Source of the DNA: Callorhinchus milii
Taxonomy: Eukaryota
Assembly (NCBI RefSeq): GCF_018977255.1
Contig: NW_024704742.1
Span: 37,820,001-37,884,000 of the forward strand
Reading direction: 5' to 3'
Length of the DNA stretch: 64,000 bases
Positions 21,201-36,400 of this stretch are shown piece after piece. A program made the position numbers and the translations under genes. Within the stretch, counting starts at the first letter, position 1, and each line of letters starts with the position of its first letter. Below the pieces are notes generated by a model. That model was given only the letters and a program-made list of their open reading frames with translations. It was not told the origin of the DNA and did no database searches.

Positions 21201-24200
21201 AGTTAACTTCTTTTCTTTCTCTTGCATCCCCCCCACCCAAAGTAGGATTAGTACCTGGGAAGTGAACTTCATGATCTGAACAATGTGGGGTGTAGCTGAA
21301 TCTTGTGTGATACGGATCAGGAGCTGAGGTTTCTCTTCTGCTGTCACTTAGTGTGTTTGTGAGCAATGAGGACACTGGAGATCTGTCTGGAAAATGCTGA
21401 CGCCGGGGAAATGTGCAAGAAGCAGCAAATTGCAATGAGTCCTCTGGAGGGGAACAAGTAATTTAGTTTTGCATGTGTTCAGGATTAATTTACAGTAACA
21501 TTGATTAATGTATGTGTCAGTGCTTGTTCAGATATTAAATCAATAGGTTACATTATCCCAACTGCATCTCCATGCTGGCATATTTAATGAAATTTTTGTC
21601 AGGTCTACTGTGTCAGGTCGCTGATGAGGAAACTGAGGCTTGGGACGACAACTGGAAAGCGTTACCTGGAGTCTGAGTTCATGAACACATTTGTACATCC
21701 AGTACCTGGAATCCCACTTGAATGGCCTGCAGAGAGGTAAGCAGCTGCTACTCCGTACCTCCAAATGGTGGAATCATCACTCAATGGGAAGGGACGCGTG
21801 TGTGAGCTGTGGGCAAGCAGCTGGTTGGCAATGCTCTCATGCATTTCATGCTGAGCTAATACCAAAAGGATTGATTTCAAGATCCTCACACTTGTCTTCA
21901 AATCACTTCACGCCCTGGCACCCACCCACGTTTGCTTACTCCCCAATCCATTACCCACTGCCTCCGGCCTCCTGCTTGCCCCTCGTGCCCCCCACTCCAT
22001 CACTGGCCGCACTTTCTGCCACTACACCCAAAACTCTGGAACACGCTCCCTCAAGCCTCTGCTGTGTCCCATCCTTCCCCATGTACAGATTGTGTCTGAA
22101 GACCTTCCTCTTCGACTGAGCCTACGGTCACTTCCCTCCCCCTGGCTCGACATCATGCTCTGGGTCATTACCACGTGTGAGGTATGTTTAAATAAATGCA
22201 AGTTGGTGTTGAACTGTGTTGCCCACCACAAAGAACTGCCCAACTAGGCTGGCTCATCAGCAGGACTTCAAAGGGTAGACAAGTCATGGGGGGCAGCGAC
22301 TCTTCCCACTCAGCTCCCATTACCTACCCTGCAAGCCAAAGCCCTAGTGGTTAGGGTGATCATAGCAGCAGGAAAGTTTGCCAGACAGTTCTTTCAATGG
22401 CAAGCCTATGCAGTTTTAGCTGATTAATATCCCAGTGCACACTCTGAGATCCACAATCCTTGACTCTCCAGGATTACAAGCACCTCAAAACCCCAAATAT
22501 GCTTTGTGTGCAGGAAGAGAAGTGAAATCTAGCTCTCTTACAGGACTAACGCAGGCCCAAGCCTTTGCTAAAGTGCCTCTACCTCACCAGCTAACAACTC
22601 CAATTCAAAATGTACTATAGTTACTTCCCATACAACATACTGTCATGCACTTAATTGTAAACTCACCCTTGCAAGTTAAGGTGTCATTACACGTATATTC
22701 ATTTAGTTCCTCAGTGCACGTTAGTTGATCTCTGCAGGCAAAAGAGCGGCAAGTAGCGTTCCACGTAGCAAGCACCATGCACAAGTTTAATACCAGCAAT
22801 AAAAGTTAGCAAGCATGCATGTGCTCCTTTTATCTCTAAATGGTCTACACCAGTGTGAATGGCATAAACATAGGCACCATCTGGACTTTGCTTGTCAAAA
22901 TATACAATAGGCACAATTTATAATAATCCTTGCATTTGATACAGCGCCTGGTTACATTAACAGTGATTTATAGGAAAGTGAATGTATTTGTAGGCAAATG
23001 TGGGAGCCAATTTGCATGCAGCAATGTCTCACAAACAATGTTCAAAGTCCTAATGTAACTCCTGCCTAAGAGGCCATTTTGCCCACCCCAATACTGTCTA
23101 CTCTAGTGGAGTTTTCTATTTTAATATATTGTTCCTCTTCAAACACCTCTCCAATTCCCATTTAAAGTTAACATGGACCCAGTCCCAACAGACATTTACG
23201 ACAAAGCACTTCAATAACCTCCCCCCTGAAGTCTTTCAATGACAGCCATAACTATGCCACTTATTTACAGTTTACAAGCCAGTTTACAGTTTACAAGCCA
23301 GTGGGAATATCTTTCATTATGTAGTCTCTAACACTTTCAGAATTGTGAAAATATCTACTAAAAACTCTTAATCTGTTTACTATTTCAGTGAAAAGTTGAA
23401 ACAAAGGGTACATGTGCTGTATCAATACCTGAAGGAGTCTTGCGTTCTTCTTTCCGCACAGAAATCTGTACTCAAGTCATCACTAAAATATAGAAATAAA
23501 AAGCTAAGCAAAAATCACAATACTGTTATTTCATTTATTTCCTACTAACATTATAATAAATAATAATATAATAATCCTTGCATTTGATATAGCGCTTTTC
23601 ACATCTTCTAGACATCTCAAAGCGTTTCACAGAATATATTGTAAAGTGAACTGACTGTATATTTGTGGGCGAAACGTGGTAGCCAATTGCGCACATTGGC
23701 ATATTCCCATTCCTGACTACACTGTGGGTAATTCTACTTGCTTTTCCTCAGGTGATGAAATATTTTAGGTAAACTCCATGGTGGAGGAGATAACAACAAC
23801 AACTTGCACTAGCATAGCTATACTTAGCATCTTGAAATTAGTTACAATTCTTGCACAGTTCTGCATTGCCATTCGGTTCCTAAATTACTAATAACTATAA
23901 AAACAATATAGTTCCATGTATTTCACATGGTGATTTTATAGATATTGGTTAAGTGCTATTCCGTCCTGTTCTAGCACATTTGATGAATTCTGTGTCTGTG
24001 TACTTATCATGAATGTATGCAATTTAAATTTATAATCGCATTAAATGTAATTTTTTAAAAAAAGTTTATTTCTTAACTCACTGGGACAAATTGTCCAAAC
24101 GTTACTAAACAGGACAGTGCCTGACCCATTATAAACACATGAGCTACATACAGTTCAGAGTTAAAACAATATGTAAACAATGTTTAGTTCTGAAATTTCA

Positions 24201-27200
24201 TGACCAAGCAGTGCAACCAAATGACAGAAAGTCTAGTACTTACACAGCATGCATTTTCCTTGATGACCATTCTGGTTCGCACTCATTTGTGTCATTTTTG
24301 TTTGACATTTTGCTGTGTTCATCACAGAATGTATCCTTCAGGTCCAATTGAAGATTATTCGGGTCTGAATTCAAGTCCTCTTGGAAACAACTTTTCCTGC
24401 ATACTGGCTAAAGTTCATAAATGAGAGTATGAAGAGTAAGAAGCAGTGGATTAAATATTAATTTTTAATTGTTAATTATTATTATTCTTTTTAAGGGATT
24501 ATTATCCCCCAGAAGTGCAATCTGCCAATCGACTAACAGATAAATGGAACTGGAATAGATGGCTCCAGTGCAAAGCTAACACCAGCCCAGACACTTAGGC
24601 TGAATTCCCTCTTTCGGTACTATAAACCTACGATTCCAAGAATTGGATTCCACAATACAAAATATTAAAATTTTAGATTAAATTTCTGGATAGTTTGCTG
24701 ATAAAATACAGTCATTATAATTTACATAAATTCTATGAAGCTTTTTGAGACATCCACCTGATGTAAAAGGCACTGTATCAAATGCAATTATTATTATAGT
24801 TTATTTTCCATTCGTAACTTTTCACTCCAGCCAAACAAATGATACCTTAGTCCTTAAATTTTCTTGAAGGATTAATAGAAGTGGGAAATGTCACTTGATC
24901 CCAAATTATAATGTTACCCTGAGGCTAAAGACTGGTAAATAAGCCATCAGAATGAATAAAAGCAGCACAAAGTGAAGTCACATCATTAGGTAAGTGAGAA
25001 GCTCAGATTTTAGGTATGATGGAGGAAATATTAAAGCTATGTTCTCAAAGCTGGATGGGTAGTCTTGTAAACACAATATAATTTACATTTGTACAGCTCA
25101 TTTGACGTCGGAAGGATGTCTGCTTCGTAAACTCATTCATAAGGGAACAATCAATATGTACATATGTTGACATAAATACACATCAGGAAGGTAAAAAGAA
25201 CAAACCCTGGACTGGAATCGAGGCACCCCTTTCACATTCAAGAACTTTGTTGTTGAACCTCAACAGTTGAATAGGCCCAAATATGGGGGTGGCAGTTGAG
25301 TTTCTCAGCATTAATGACAAAACCTTAATGTTCAGCTTGCAATCCAATCCAGTACAATTTCCCTTATTCTAATTTGCTGGCTGCTCGACGTGAGTACAGC
25401 ACCTCCCTGGCTACAAAGTGAATAATTGGAAATAATCTGATTGTATGGCTCTGATGGATGTGATGGAAATCCCTCAATGAACAATTTTACAACTGTTATT
25501 AACACTTTGAGGGCTATTAATATTTGAGGGCTATTTTCTGTTTTTCGCCGAAAGCCACATGGAACCAATTTGCAATTGGCTTAACTCATTTCATGACAGC
25601 TCTGACTACCATAAGAAAGATGCAACTTCCATCCATCAACTTGAGCTAGATTTAAATAGGGGATCCCAAAGGAGAAATTAGGGGGCATATTTGATTGGTC
25701 CATCAAATTTCCATAGATGTCCATTAAATTCTTAAACAAATCAAAAGCCTCAAACTGTTCTCCACCCACAAAATTAATTCTAATTTAAATGCAATTGGAA
25801 AGTAACCTAATTCCTTAGAAATCCTCTAGAAGGTTGGAATACTGCAGGCTGGAACTGAATCAATGTTGGTCTAGGACTGGTGAGCACAGTGGGGTCAATT
25901 TAGCTGCACGTTCAATGTTTATCACGTCGATGGAACTTGGATGTGCTAAAGGCAGACAACATCAAGCCATTCTCAATGGCAAAAGTCCATGATCTGCGAG
26001 GTGATAAGTATAGAATGTTTCATGGAATTCACAAAGAGGAAGAAAGAGTCATGTCTCCCATACATCTCGGTACATTCAATGTGATAAATATCAAATGTTC
26101 AATTGATGCCCAGTGTCAGTCTTATTCCCTATCCCTCACAATGTAGAAATGTGAGCACTGATGCAGCATTCTGTGAGTGACCAAATCAAGAATGGACAAT
26201 CATAGCGCGAGGAGGGATTTGAATTAATAATTTGCTTGGGATATTAGTGCTGCATTAGTGCTCGAGCATAAGCCTATTAACTGTCATGCAAACACACAGT
26301 GGTCCTGAAAAATAAAAAATCACACACATTGTGAAAACACTCACAAATGACAGGTATCCTGAGGATGGCCTGGAAGATGTCGGATTACCACTGACAGAAG
26401 AGCAATGGGGACCAGTAGAGGTTCGTTGGCCAACACCAATATTATAACCTGGACCTTGGAGCTCCTTTAACACAAAACAATTACAATGGACTGCAATGGG
26501 ATCCTGGATCAGATCAACTCAGCAACAAACTGAGAAATGAGTGACACTCAGAGCCCCACTGTGCACATGCAAGTAACACATCTCACACAAGGGAGGCAAA
26601 ATTAGCCAGCAGATTGCAACACAGCAATAAGGAAACATTTGGTGGGGAGCGGGTCAAAAAAAATAGTAACTCGCAACAGAATTGACTAATATCAAGTTAG
26701 AGTCTTAAGGGTGAATCAATCCTATGGCACAGATGAGCTGCAATTCCATAATGTTCTGGAAATTGCCAGGGGAATCACACAGTCGGCTATGATAGTCAAG
26801 CGCTCTGGGACCCTACCCCTGTGTGAGAGGCGCTATATAAGTGAAAGTTGTTGTTGTTGTGGTGCGGTGACATTTAACGGCAGGTTGACACTGCGTTTCT
26901 GTGAAAGAATCTTGTTGGGCCCCATTTTATCAACCCAATGTTGGAGCGGAGTAAAGGAACCTTTCATTTGAATTTTGTCCACAGCACTCCTGACCAGGAA
27001 GCACTCAGTGCTGACAAATGGGTACACAGATATTGGCAAGCAATCCCGTTCACCAAGATTGACATTCCTCACCTCCACTAATCCTGGGAAATCACAGTAT
27101 CAGAAATAACTTGCAAGTAAATGTGCTTTCTCAAGGTCAGGAGGCTCCAGCTCAGCTCCTAAATTCAGTTAAACTACTATGTACATTTCTCAGCTGATTT

Positions 27201-30200
27201 AAGATCCGAAGGAAGAGGATCCAAACCACCACATTATAACAAGGCAGGCCTTATAATATATATATTTATATACACACACACATGTCCATATTGCACCGGA
27301 CTTACACTCCATACTTTACGTGATATCACCATCTTCTGCCCGTCCATGCAAACTCCAGATTTCTTACACGTGCATTGCCAAAATTGGGTATTTGGAAGGT
27401 GGGGATGGGGGGGAAGACAGTCTGCCAAATTAATGTGATGTAGAGCAGAAAGTATAAATCAAGCTTGTCATTCCACATTGTTATATTTCTGGGGGCAAAG
27501 TGACTTTGTTACTAGAGGTAGAAATGAAACATAATACGGCAACCTGCATGAGTCAACCCTGAACAGCAGCATCCTGCAGATAGCATTTCTAATGTTGCAG
27601 TGCAGTCTGATCAGCTACTTCTACTTTTATGCTGTTGTCCTTGAATTCTGAACCAGGGATTAATTTGAATCCTTTCGAAATTAGTTCATTGACGATTACA
27701 TGATTAGGTGGAAGCTGTTTGATACATCTTAATCAAATGCATTGATATTCTGGGGAATTAAGCTACAAAGTACAGGTGGAATTATTTAGAATATTTCAGA
27801 TATATTACTTCAATCCTCACAGCACTAATTGCATAGTTACTGCCTCGAACCATGTATGATATACATACATGCCCTTTCTCACCATTTCCAGTTAGTTTAC
27901 CATTGGAGACCTGGATGAGTATAATCAAGTTCACGATTTTACTGGAGTGTGAATGTGAAACAACAATGTGAAATCGGAGGCAAGTTTAGGATTAAAGAAA
28001 GGCAAACACACAGAGAAAGAAACAAGAGTGTCAAAGAGAAAAAGTGTCAGACCACAATAAAGAGAATGTGTCACACAGAGAAAGAGAGTCAGACAGAGAG
28101 AAGCAAAATGATAAGCTCAGAGATAAAGAATGAAACAGTCATTGCAAGAGTCAAACAGATTCAGAAAGAAAGGGAAAGAATCAGACAGAGAGAGAAAGAG
28201 AGAGTCACTGGGTCTGGAAAAAGGCTGGCACTGTGTGGGGACACCTTTAGAGAAGGTTTTGATTAGAATTATGCATTGCATTCTGTGTCATGATCTTTTA
28301 TCACAATACTGTTTTCATAATACAATACACAGTAAGTAGAAAGTCTCATATCCCCATTGTTTGGGACCAACTACATTAACATAGTGCATTAACCAGTTGA
28401 ATTTCTATCAAGCTGTGCAGAGCAGCATAGCAACTTTTATTACGTGCAATCCCCTCCTTTAGGAGAGCTAAGATCTATCACTAGCCACAAATCTATTGGA
28501 AATTGTTATCATGCAAAATTATCATTTTAGTACCCTGTAAATTATCTAATAAAAATATGATGAAAATCACAGTACACATTAAAGGAAAATACAAATTATC
28601 TATACCTTTATTTCCAAGGCGTGCTGAAGTTTTAAACGCATGAAGTCTTGTTCTTGACGCTGAATAACTGACTGACAATCAGAAAACTGGAGACTGGTCT
28701 GTTTTGTATGGAAACCACAAGAGTCAGATCAAACTTATTACTCCATTTAATTGCTCTTCAAGCAGTCCCTGTGCAGTGTGCAATTCCCCTGTACTATACA
28801 GGAACAGGCATGCATATTTATATAAAACAATATATACCCACAACATGCAACATCATGGTGCACATTGTTAGCATGCTTTGTTTCCATGCTTTTAAGGTCC
28901 TGTGCCAGAATAGTAGGATTCAAGTTCCCAATCCTGGCAGTGATATCAGGCTAGGCATTGAGTGGAGGTTCAGTGACTATACAATGGGAGGGAAGACAAA
29001 AATAATCAGCAGACGTCTCCTCTTGTACTGCTCTTGGACACTTGCCCAGCACAAAGGATCAAGCCCAGCACTGATGGAGCTTAGTCACTTTGCCTTCACT
29101 GTCAAATGGGGATTGGTCTGTCATCTAATGGCAAAGCCAGCACACAGATTCTCAGCCATCGAATGGGGAATGGAATGTTACTTGGAGAGAATAATACAGA
29201 GATGGTTATCCTTCAAATAGGGACAGGGGTAGCCTGGAGAAGTCAGTGTAGAGACTCTGACATCTAAAGAGAAAAAAAGGTGTACAGCTTGGGGAAACCA
29301 ATTTGAAAGACTTTGTGCTGGGCTTTCCATGTCTGGAAACAGAAATTCCCACGAAAAACATTATCTGTTATTTTAGTTTTGGCTTCAAAAGAGGAGAAAC
29401 GTGGTATAAATCCTTTGTGCATTGAAGCTTACCCATTAGGGTTTGTTTCCATGTTTCATTACACCTAGAGCTTAGCGCAAAGAGAGGAAAATGCTTACTA
29501 TTTAATCATTAAAACGGTTTGATAAATATTGGTAAAACCAAGTTTTCCTGACCATCAAGGAAAGCTTAAGAAAATCACCTGTGTTGTTTTACTTGGTTCA
29601 TCTCCCTCCAAATATATAACTAGCATCACAGCCTTTGAAAAGGTTTTGGTGGGATAGATATTTTAAATTTTAAAATGCCAATATAACTATGTATTACTCA
29701 CTTAAAGCATAGTAGTCATTCTTCTACTGAAGCAAGACTCCATATACCATGGCTAGTTAAATCGTGCAACCTAGAAAAACAGAAGGATTGCGAGTTTCTT
29801 TTGCCCTGTTTATACTGCGCTTTGAATGTTAATTTGGCGCTATTTCCCACACTAAATTCATGCTCAGAGAGCAGTATACATTCTACTTGTTCTGTGATCA
29901 AGATGTGATTCACATCAGACTCCAGTCTGCTGAAACCACCTTGGGCAAGTGATTTCCTGTTTTCCACAGCTGTGCTGTTTAAAATACAGACAACCTGAAT
30001 CAATTTGGCCTCTGATTTACAAATGGATCTCAATAGCTGTGGACTGCCTAAAAACTTTTAAGAGACGATTTGTAAACTTATCAAAGAGCCAACTGCTGTA
30101 TTTTTTAAAAAAATCAGCATTGAGTGCATCTGCTGGCCAGCAAAGCCCTGGAATGCACGAGAAGAGCTCTCATCAGTGAATGTGATTGTGAATTTACAAA

Positions 30201-30405
30201 ATTAAAGGCAGCAATTCTAATAGCTTGCAGCAGTATAGAGGAGCAAGTAAGATTTTGCAACTGGAACCCAGATGAACCTTTCTTAAATGCCTTGTTCGCC
30301 AATAGTGGCATCTGATTACAGAAGTTTATCCTGGTCCAAACATATAATTATTTAAAAATGTACCCCCATCTGAATTAGAATCTACAGCTTAGGCTAAGCT
30401 AAAAT

Positions 30406-30436
<31 letters not shown>

Positions 30437-33400
30437 TCCTTGCATTTGATATAGCGCTTTTCACATCAGGAGGACGTCCCAAAGCGCTTCACAGAACATA
30501 CTGTAAAGTGTATTGACTGTATATTTGTGGGCGAACGCGGCAGCCAATTGCGCACAGCAATGTCCCACAAACAGTCATGGATTGAAAATGACCAATTTAT
30601 TATTGTTTTGGGTTTTGGAGGGATTATTATTAGGCGTGTGGAGTAAGGAAACTTGCCCAAGGTTTCGCCCTGCCTGGAATTGAACTCAGGTCTCTAGCTT
30701 GCAAAGCGAGTGCTCAACCACTGAGCTACAGGACTCCATAATAGTATGGAATTCCCCCTTCACCACCCTCCCGATATAAGAAACTGAATAAATCCACTGA
30801 AACAAACAAAATATAATAATATAATAATAATAATCCTTGCATTTGATATAGCGCTTTTCACGTCGGGAGGACGTCCCAAAGCGCTTCACAGAACATACTG
30901 TAAAGTGAATTGACTGTATATTTGTGGGCGAACGCGGCAGCCAATTGCGCACAGCAATGTCCCACAAACAGTCATGGATTGAAAATGACCAATTTATTAT
31001 TGTTTTTGGTTTTGGAGGGATTATTATTAGGCTCTGTGTGGAGTAAGGAAACTTGCCCAAGGTTTCGCCCTCTGCCTGGAATTGAATTCAGGTCTCTCGC
31101 TTGCAAAGCGAGTGCTCAACCACTGAGCTACAGGACTCCATAATAGTATGGAATTCCCCCTTCACCACCCTCCCGATATAAGAAATTGAATAAATCCACT
31201 GAAACAAACAAAATATGTGTTTTAAACATACCTTAAACTTAAATTATTGCAAGACAAAATGTTTGCATTTCGATATCCATTGTTTCGAACTTATTAACAG
31301 GTCATCAAAGAGTTAGTACAAATCAAGAACTCTGCACTGGGTTGTAAACACGCTACAGCATGTTACCAAAATACAAAATCATAGAGGGTTTTGAAAATAC
31401 TTTCACTGAAACACTGAAACTGAATACAATACACAGAAATTGTATTTAGCTGTCTCCAGTGGAAGAGCTTACACCAGCATGCATTTGATGCACTGAACAG
31501 TCAACGGCTATGCTGCAATTTCTATGATTCATTTATGTGACTGGTGCTGTTGGCAAAGATGCAGCACCTGGGTGGACAGAGAGGGAGGGGCTTCTCATAT
31601 GTGAAGGAAGAGAAAGTCAAGTGGGTTCCAGTACAAATGGTTCTTTAAGGGACAGGCGATCCTCTGCTAGGTTTCTCACTCCCCCTCCCCCAGCTGCACG
31701 ACTTAACTACAACAATATGTGAAGTACAAGGGTGATGGTCTTTTACAAAAAAACTTTGACAACGTTTGGTTTCAGAGTTAAAACTGGTGGAGGTTACCTT
31801 CTCCAGAGTGGTCTCTACTTTGATCAGTCGTTCCCGCAAACGCTTTTCCTGACATTTCATAACGTCAAGCTCTGCAGCAATTTTGTTCCTTTCTGATACT
31901 AAGCAAGAGAGTTCTTTCGTCAGCCGAACCTTCTCTTCTTTCAAATAACATTTCTCCTAACGTAAAAGCAGAAGTGGGTTAAAGGACCAAAGGAATCACA
32001 AATCTAATGCGTGTGTGTGTGTGGGGAGAGGAGAGGAAAGGGGGAGAGGAAGCGACATATCTTGATGTGCACAGGATCCAGAAAAATCCAGTAGATTTGT
32101 CTAAATTCCAATTTAATTCCTTAACAAGGTCAATCACTCATCACTGGTAAATATTTTAAGTATTGTGTTACTAGTAATTAAAAAAAATGAAAGCATCAGT
32201 AGGAAGGTTTAGCACACTGATTAAACTCATCGTCAAGTTTAGTAGACGAACATATGGCTAACTTGGGTGCAACTCCACTAAGGTCAAGCAATAGCTTCAC
32301 ACCCAGTTTCAGCAGACTAATATATTGCTAACCTGGGTGCACTCCACTAAGGTCAAGCAATGGATTAATAGTATCTGCCTCTCTACCAGCTGCTCTGGAG
32401 TGCTGTATTGCTATCCTGTTTATAGACCGGTGGCAACATTTTTAAAAATATAATCCTCATTAAGTTACACTGTTCTCAACTACTATACAACATGAAAACA
32501 GACTCAGCAAAAGACCCTTATTGGAGATCAATTGCACAAGACTGAACAGCCACAAGTAGACCTTCTCTGGACTTAAGCAGAAGACATTAGGTTGCATTAG
32601 TTATTGACTTGCATTAAACATTAGTCTTCTGGGCGTTATTGAATGATTGCCCTCAAAAGATAGGAATTCATTTGAGATGAATGAAGCATTGCAAGTCTAG
32701 ATACTTTGAATGGACAGCACCTTCCTTACAGAACTGCACTTTCAGCCCTTCATGACTGCAAGCAAATGGCACCTGAATAAATGGTGACATTATTACTATG
32801 ATTATAGTAACTTTACTTCCCCTTCCGAAAGAGATTTAATTGTTCCGTAACTAGAAGTGTTGAAATGTCAAGATATTGGAGTATCAGAAACTTTCACAAG
32901 GAATAAAATTTTAAACCATTATAGCCAAAAAATCCCCCACAAAATTCAGCGAAACAATTATAGTCCACACATTGAATAATAAATTTCAATATCATTATTT
33001 CAAATAGGATACATATTTTTGCATCACAAACATAGTGGGATATCTAGTGCTTATCTTAGACATTTTAGTTATATATTACCAAATATTATTTGAGCACATG
33101 AATAAATAGGTGTTCCAGAAATGACCAAACATTTTGTGATATTTTCTGCATCTAAAATTAAACATTACTTCAGGATGTAGTTATGAACCTGTATTAGATG
33201 CAGCAAATATCAAAGTGTCAATAAAAATAGTATCTCTAACCTTGATTTAGTACCTAAAAACGTGAAACCAACCAATGGGTTTGGCTGAATCAGAGCCAGT
33301 CCTTCTAAGGCTTTTGGCTGCCATTGAAGCCACAGGTTTGACCTGCCAAAAGCAGCTGACTGAGTGCTCAAATTAACCCACTGGCCTGTAGATACACGCG

Positions 33401-36400
33401 TGAACATAAGGTGTGTGGGGGAGGACAACTTTCCACTAGTAAATCTTTGTTAGGTGATTAAGGTGCAAAAAGTGAACATATTTCTACAAGTCTAGTCTTT
33501 TCCCTGAGATGATAGAAATCATAATTGCACAATGCATTACCCAGCTGATGGTGTCAGTCTGACTAAGAAGATAAAATCTTTTCCAATGCTTCAGTTGAGG
33601 TAGGGGCAGCGTGGAGACCCACAAGCATTGGCTGCTTTTGCAAAACAAAAGGCTAAACGGCAGTTTACTCCTTCCTTATTCTTTCCCAGTCTGTCCAATA
33701 CTGCTTCCCCCGGTTTGTGAACAAACTAAGATGAGACTTTATATAAATACTTGGTGCAGTCACGGACCTGATAAAGTCCGGTGTGAATTCTGAAAGATCA
33801 CCCTGCGTGTTTCAACCCCCACTACTACCCCTCCCTCATCAGTGGGCAGAATGATAATTATTTGAAATTGAAGGTTGTACAGCATTATAAGATTTATGAC
33901 AAAAATAAATTATAAGGTGAAAAGGTGGCAGTTTGCATCAGGATCCATGAATAACAAGTCAGCATTGCTAAACAGAGTCATGACTGTGGAATGTAAGGTG
34001 AGCAACTAGCATTTGTGACGGATCCTTTGTGCAAGGTATTTGTGGGGCTTGTGGTTGATGGGCTGGTTGAGAGGCGAGTCTTAATGGAACAGTATTACTA
34101 GTTGTTTTCTCCCATTATATTGATTCATAATTAAACAAATGGAGAATAGTAATATGTGTTTCATTAATGATGCTTGCTAAGATTTTCCATAGATTCTATT
34201 ACAGTGAATGAATTACTCTGCACCTTGTCACAATTCTCCAGACTGTCCTCCAGGAAGTGAATCTTGCTTTGTAGGGCATCTATCTGTCCCCGCTTGGCGG
34301 TGATTTGTTTTTGCATCCCCATGGCAACTTTCATTGCTGCAGGAGAGACAAGTTACTCTTCAAGTTAAGTCAAAGCAATACAAGACCTTGGTTTTAATGC
34401 CTCACTAAATGACATCACCTGCAGCAATGCAATGCTCTCCAAACTCTGTACTGGGAGTGTCAGCCTGCACTGTGAGATAAACATCCTATGGTTAGCACAT
34501 GTAGAGGAATATACATTGTAAAGAGCAGTGGTGGACTGGCTCCCGAAACAGCTTGGAAATATGATGTAAAATTCAGGGGCACTGATTTGTGGGGGTCGGG
34601 GGAGGGAGGGCAGTCCCAAAAACATAAAACATCTGCAAATTTGAAAACTTTGTCGGGCTTAAATGGATCTTCGGAATTAGGCTGCATCAGGGTGGTAAAC
34701 ATCGGGTACAATCACAGGGGCGCTCAGAAACCCTTCACGAGGGCACTTGGACATTTTTAGAGTTCCTAATTGCCCAGTCCACTGTGGATATCTTGTGACT
34801 TGCAATGCAACCCAACCAGTAGACAACAGGGCAAAGGATTGAGAGTTTGGAAGAAGATCAGATGTTCTTTTCCAATAGTTATCGTTTACATTTCAATACT
34901 GAAAACACCTACAATTGAATATGTGACTATTTTTAGCTTGTTCAGTTAGCTTCAGTAAGCAAATCCAGATTTTCAATAACTGAACATCCAAAATTATTAT
35001 ATCAAAAAACAATCCAAATTTTAAACGTACACATTATATGAATCTTAAAGGGAGAAAATAAAGTGACTGACTGTGGGATGTCGCTGTGCGCAAATTGGCT
35101 GCCATAGTTAGTCCACAAAATAGAGACAATCCACTTTACAATATATCCTGTGAAGCACTTTGAGACATATCAATGACGTGATAAGGTGTTATATCTAATG
35201 CAAGGATTATTATTATTATTACAGTAGCAATGAAGTATCTTATCTGCATTGGATACAAAATGAGTACCATGAGTATCTGCTCCTTCAAGGACCTTCATCG
35301 CCTCTCTTGCTTGCTCCAGGTCACATAGGGCAGTTTGCAACTGAGTCTTTATTTTGCTTGTGTTCCATTCATACTCGTCAGTTTTGTTGGTCAAACTCCT
35401 CTTCAACTGATTATGTTCCTCTGCAATCAATCCAAAAGTAAGCAACTGAATCACAACCATTCATAAAAGACAAAAGTGCGTCCCTCCAAGTACAGAATGT
35501 GGATTACATTCCAGACACAGGAAAATTTCCTTTTGCAAAACATATGTGGAACGCTGAGACTGGTTTGGATATTCTCAAGCTTCCTGATGGGATTTTGAGC
35601 GTGACAGACAAGCAGCTGACCAAAAAGCAAAAAGTCAGCTGCATAAAAAAGCATGTAGGTAATATCGCTTGCACAACTTGAATAAAATACCAACCAAATC
35701 TGGAGGTTCTGTAGTTTTTATAAAAACATATTTAGAGCAATGCAAGTCAATAAGTCTTATTAAAGATTATGTGAAACACTTCAAAGTTACGCAGGAAAGT
35801 TTGATTAAAAGTTCAATCATGAGCTGCAATCCCTCATTGTACTCATACCTTTTAGGCAACACATTTGGGTCTGGACAACATTCAGCTCGTTTGAAAGCTG
35901 GTCTTTATTCTGAAGAAGGTCTCTCAATTCAGACATCTTATCAGTGGCATCGTTTATTAGCTTCACCTTCTCCTTTTCCAGCTCACTCATACAAAGCTGT
36001 AGCTTTTGGATTTGCACATCTTTCCTTTCCAAATCAGCCTAACAAGAACAGACAGTTATTACATCTCGAGATGCTTCTCGATCCAACTGGATTCAGGTGA
36101 GACAATAACCATAAACCAATAAATATACTGAGATGTTACAAGGGATTGAGAAGCTATATTACATGGACAGGCTTGAAAGTTGGCTTTTTTTGTTTTGCAT
36201 TGAAACAGAAAAGCTTTAGGGTTAAAAACTCAATTGTTTTCCCAAAATTATGAATGCCTTTGATTGAGATAGTAAATAGAGAGATTATTTCCATTGACTG
36301 GCGAGCCAGTAACAACACGACCTATATAAATATTGCACTTTTCATTCAGAATAATGTCTCAGAGTGCAGGCCTCTGTTAGATGAGCGAAGAGGGGGACAG

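Noticed and set aside
21666-21726. Candidate extra CCDC158 exon with good AG/GT sites
   Set aside because: At 61 nt it would shift the frame between the 22667-22731 and 21255-21443 exons, and I found no compensating exon. It could still be a minor or poison exon.
27949-28266. 105-aa Lys/Glu/Arg-rich ORF
   Set aside because: Degenerate (GA)n-rich intronic sequence on the strand opposite CCDC158, with no splice or homology support.
30660-30737. tRNA-Ala gene (also ~31065-31139 and ~43714-43765)
   Set aside because: The acceptor stem does not close properly and the sequence continues into a SINE body and tail, so it is a SINE head.
32257-32361. 35-bp direct repeat (GCTAAC.TGGGTGC.ACTCCACTAAGGTCAAGCAAT) with a short spacer; also a 19-bp doublet at ~23264-23302
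   Set aside because: Only two copies each; ordinary local slippage duplications in introns.
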